Below, piece by piece: positions 62,895 to 64,000 of a stretch of DNA of 64,000 bases; within the stretch, counting starts at the first letter, position 1; the number at the start of each line of letters is the position of its first letter. The notes beneath the pieces are model-generated. The model saw only the letters and a list, made by a program, of their open reading frames with translations, made no database searches and was not told the origin of the DNA. The stretch is from Raillietiella orientalis (lineage: Eukaryota), in assembly GCA_036172245.1 (NCBI GenBank), contig JAYWIR010000016.1, forward strand, positions 3,782,001-3,846,000. The letters run 5' to 3'. The position numbers and the translations under genes are program-made.

Positions 62895-64000
62895 GGAGGA
62901 TGGAGACGAAGGAGAGAGGAAAGGAGGAGGATGAAGAGAGAGAGGAAGGGGGGAGGAGGGAAAAAGGGATGAGGATGAAGAGGAAGCGAGGAGAAGCACA
63001 GGAGAAATCCCGAAGACGTCTGTCGCGGGCCGCGGGAGATAGCCAACCCCCATTTAGGAATTGGCTGGTTTCGAGGGATGCCGTGAGGGCTCTGCTTTTG
63101 TTTGGACGGGGGGAAGGGAAGGTCGCCCTCTCCCTCTCGAGGATTTCGCCGCGTAGCAGCTCCGCGCGCAGCTTCCCGCTCGGGGGTGATTGCGGGCCGA
63201 CGAAGACGCTCTGAGGCTCTCGCTGACAACCCATCAATTTTCGTGGGGCGCGCGGTCCCTCGCGGGGCGAGGCAGAGATGGTGAGCGGATTCTCTACGGC
63301 GGCGGCTCGGGGCTTCCGCGCGGGGTTCCCCGCCGTCGGGGAGAGAGAAGAAGAGGAAGAAAAAACCGCCCCCACTGCCGACCTCGCTGTAAACACACGC
63401 AGCCAGCCCCGAAACGGTCCAGCGAGCCCTCCGGCGGCGTCAGTGGACGGCTACTCCGTTCCCCTCCTCCCCCCTCGCTCCGGACCCCGAAGGTTGACGA
63501 GGTGCCCACGGACACGCGGCGGCGGCTGTGCGTCCGCCGCCGGGGTTGGGAAAACATGCGGTGAGGCGAATACGCAGGAGAGGAAGGGTGAGGAGCAGAG
63601 ATGCACTCGTGCTGCCCACTGGAAGAAAGGGACTACGGGGGGCAGCAGGTCGTGAAGGAGCGACGGTGAGGGCGCACCGGTATGCAGGGCTGCTAGCCGA
63701 GTTCTCTGGTGCCGTTCTCTGGTTCTCTGTGCTCGCGCCAGGGCGACGCCCGGGGAAGGGAGGAGGAATCTTTACGACGCGATGGCGCGCGAGCACAATA
63801 AAGAGCAATAAAAGGGGGGGGGGGAAATGGTAAGAAATCCTCCGGATTAAGTTGTTTATGCGGGAGGCAGGAAGGTGAAAAGGGGAGAAGGTGGGCGAGG
63901 TGACCGCCTGAGGTTTGTTGTCTTTCCCGGGCGCGGATCGGCAGACTCCAGAGATGAATCGGTCTCGATGAAACTTTCCACTGCGGCGCCCGTCCTCCAG

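Noticed and set aside
1..64000. CRISPR array, rRNA, intact reverse transcriptase or transposase
   Set aside because: No regularly spaced identical repeats, rRNA signatures or YxDD/DDE-bearing intact ORFs were seen by eye.

Overview
GC-rich, intron-containing animal (probably invertebrate) genomic DNA. Two genes are supported. (1) Four coding exons of a Wnt ligand gene, most like Wnt16, lie on the minus strand at 5808->640, all joined in frame by GT-AG introns; the 3' exon(s) fall before the window start. (2) A probable two-exon minus-strand gene at 55745->54027 (~535 aa) encodes a low-complexity protein with signalling-type short linear motifs. Much of the remaining DNA appears to be at least a dozen frameshifted, stop-riddled relics of one NACHT (STAND/NLR-type) NTPase family, in both orientations and possibly also inside Wnt introns. 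I recognised them by eye from ordered Walker A / Walker B / sensor-1 / winged-helix remnants and a shared VDxxC...LPW motif; none is intact and the call needs profile-HMM confirmation. Two oppositely oriented relics share a ~450-bp, ~98% identical tract, suggesting gene conversion. Several perfect fold-back palindromes occur inside relics. No rRNA, intact tRNA, CRISPR array or intact transposase/RT was seen. Most long ORFs in the supplied track are probably GC-bias artefacts.
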